Assembly: GCA_048939465.1 (NCBI GenBank)
Contig: JBHLPL010000013.1
Location: 1-26,755 of the forward strand
DNA length: 26,755 nt
Origin: Promethearchaeota archaeon
Lineage (GTDB): Archaea > Asgardarchaeota > Odinarchaeia > Odinarchaeales > JBHLKK01
Direction: 5' to 3'
A program made the position numbers and the translations under genes. The notes under the pieces are model-generated. The model did not search any database and was not told where the DNA came from. It saw only the letters and a list, made by a program, of their open reading frames with translations. Below are positions 26,611 through 26,755 of this stretch, in pieces. Numbering within the stretch: position 1 is the stretch's first letter; every line of letters starts with the position of its first letter.

Positions 26611-26755
26611 ATGGACAGATTAACTTCATGGTGCGTTATATTCACTGCAGGATTAGTCCTAATAAGTCTTGGATCAACGTTAATCAAAGGAATTCTTGTT
26701 CCAATGCCCGCGATAAGCATAGGGGACATGATAGACCTCGTCCTAATGGCCCCCT
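26611..26755 (+). CDS. Hypothetical membrane protein (partial, runs off window end)
   Basis: Not in the ORF track. ATG at 26611 after GGTGA gives MDRLTSWCVIFTAGLVLISLGSTLIKGILVPMPAISIGDMIDLVLMAP, open to the window end and hydrophobic. Confidence 0.65.
   Translation, partial: MDRLTSWCVIFTAGLVLISLGSTLIKGILVPMPAISIGDMIDLVLMAP

Noticed and set aside
26535-26729. 64-aa minus-strand ORF from the track
   Set aside because: The opposite strand has an RBS-led hydrophobic ORF from 26611 that is more gene-like. The minus ORF also overlaps the mtrH end.

Overview
Gene-dense archaeal chromosomal window with about 29 CDS and one tRNA-Cys(GCA). Archaeal origin is supported by TATA/BRE promoters, GGAG/GGTGA ribosome-binding sites, geranylgeranyl reductase, Cdc48, a PurP-like protein, a pyruvoyl arginine decarboxylase and a TFS-type zinc ribbon. 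An Asgard or TACK lineage is plausible but cannot be established from this window. Gene order: partial TrmB regulator; ferredoxin plus geranylgeranyl reductase; membrane Zn-ribbon protein; an odd GC-rich intergenic element; padR-cdc48; a roughly 11 kb sulfur/metal block (larE, tRNA-Cys, tusA divergent from dsrEFH, a DUF1858-like CxxC protein, copA, Cys-motif thiI, a COG2522-type HTH regulator, two moeA); speB and pdaD; a truncated TFS paralogue and a stand-alone Lrp domain; an 836-aa TrmB protein with about 615 proline-free residues of 11-residue-periodic helix inserted between its two domains; a Cys-cluster hypothetical protein; an MBL hydrolase; a PurP-like protein; a stand-alone MtrH-like methyltransferase. 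No CRISPR array, transposase or integrase was seen. The strongest leads are the TrmB-hendecad rod protein, a 15-bp palindrome shared by the copA and COG2522-regulator promoters, the TusA/DsrEFH relay flanked by sulfur-insertion enzymes without DsrC/TusE, and a candidate ncRNA or G-quadruplex element downstream of cdc48. All family assignments come from motif recognition by eye; no database search was run.
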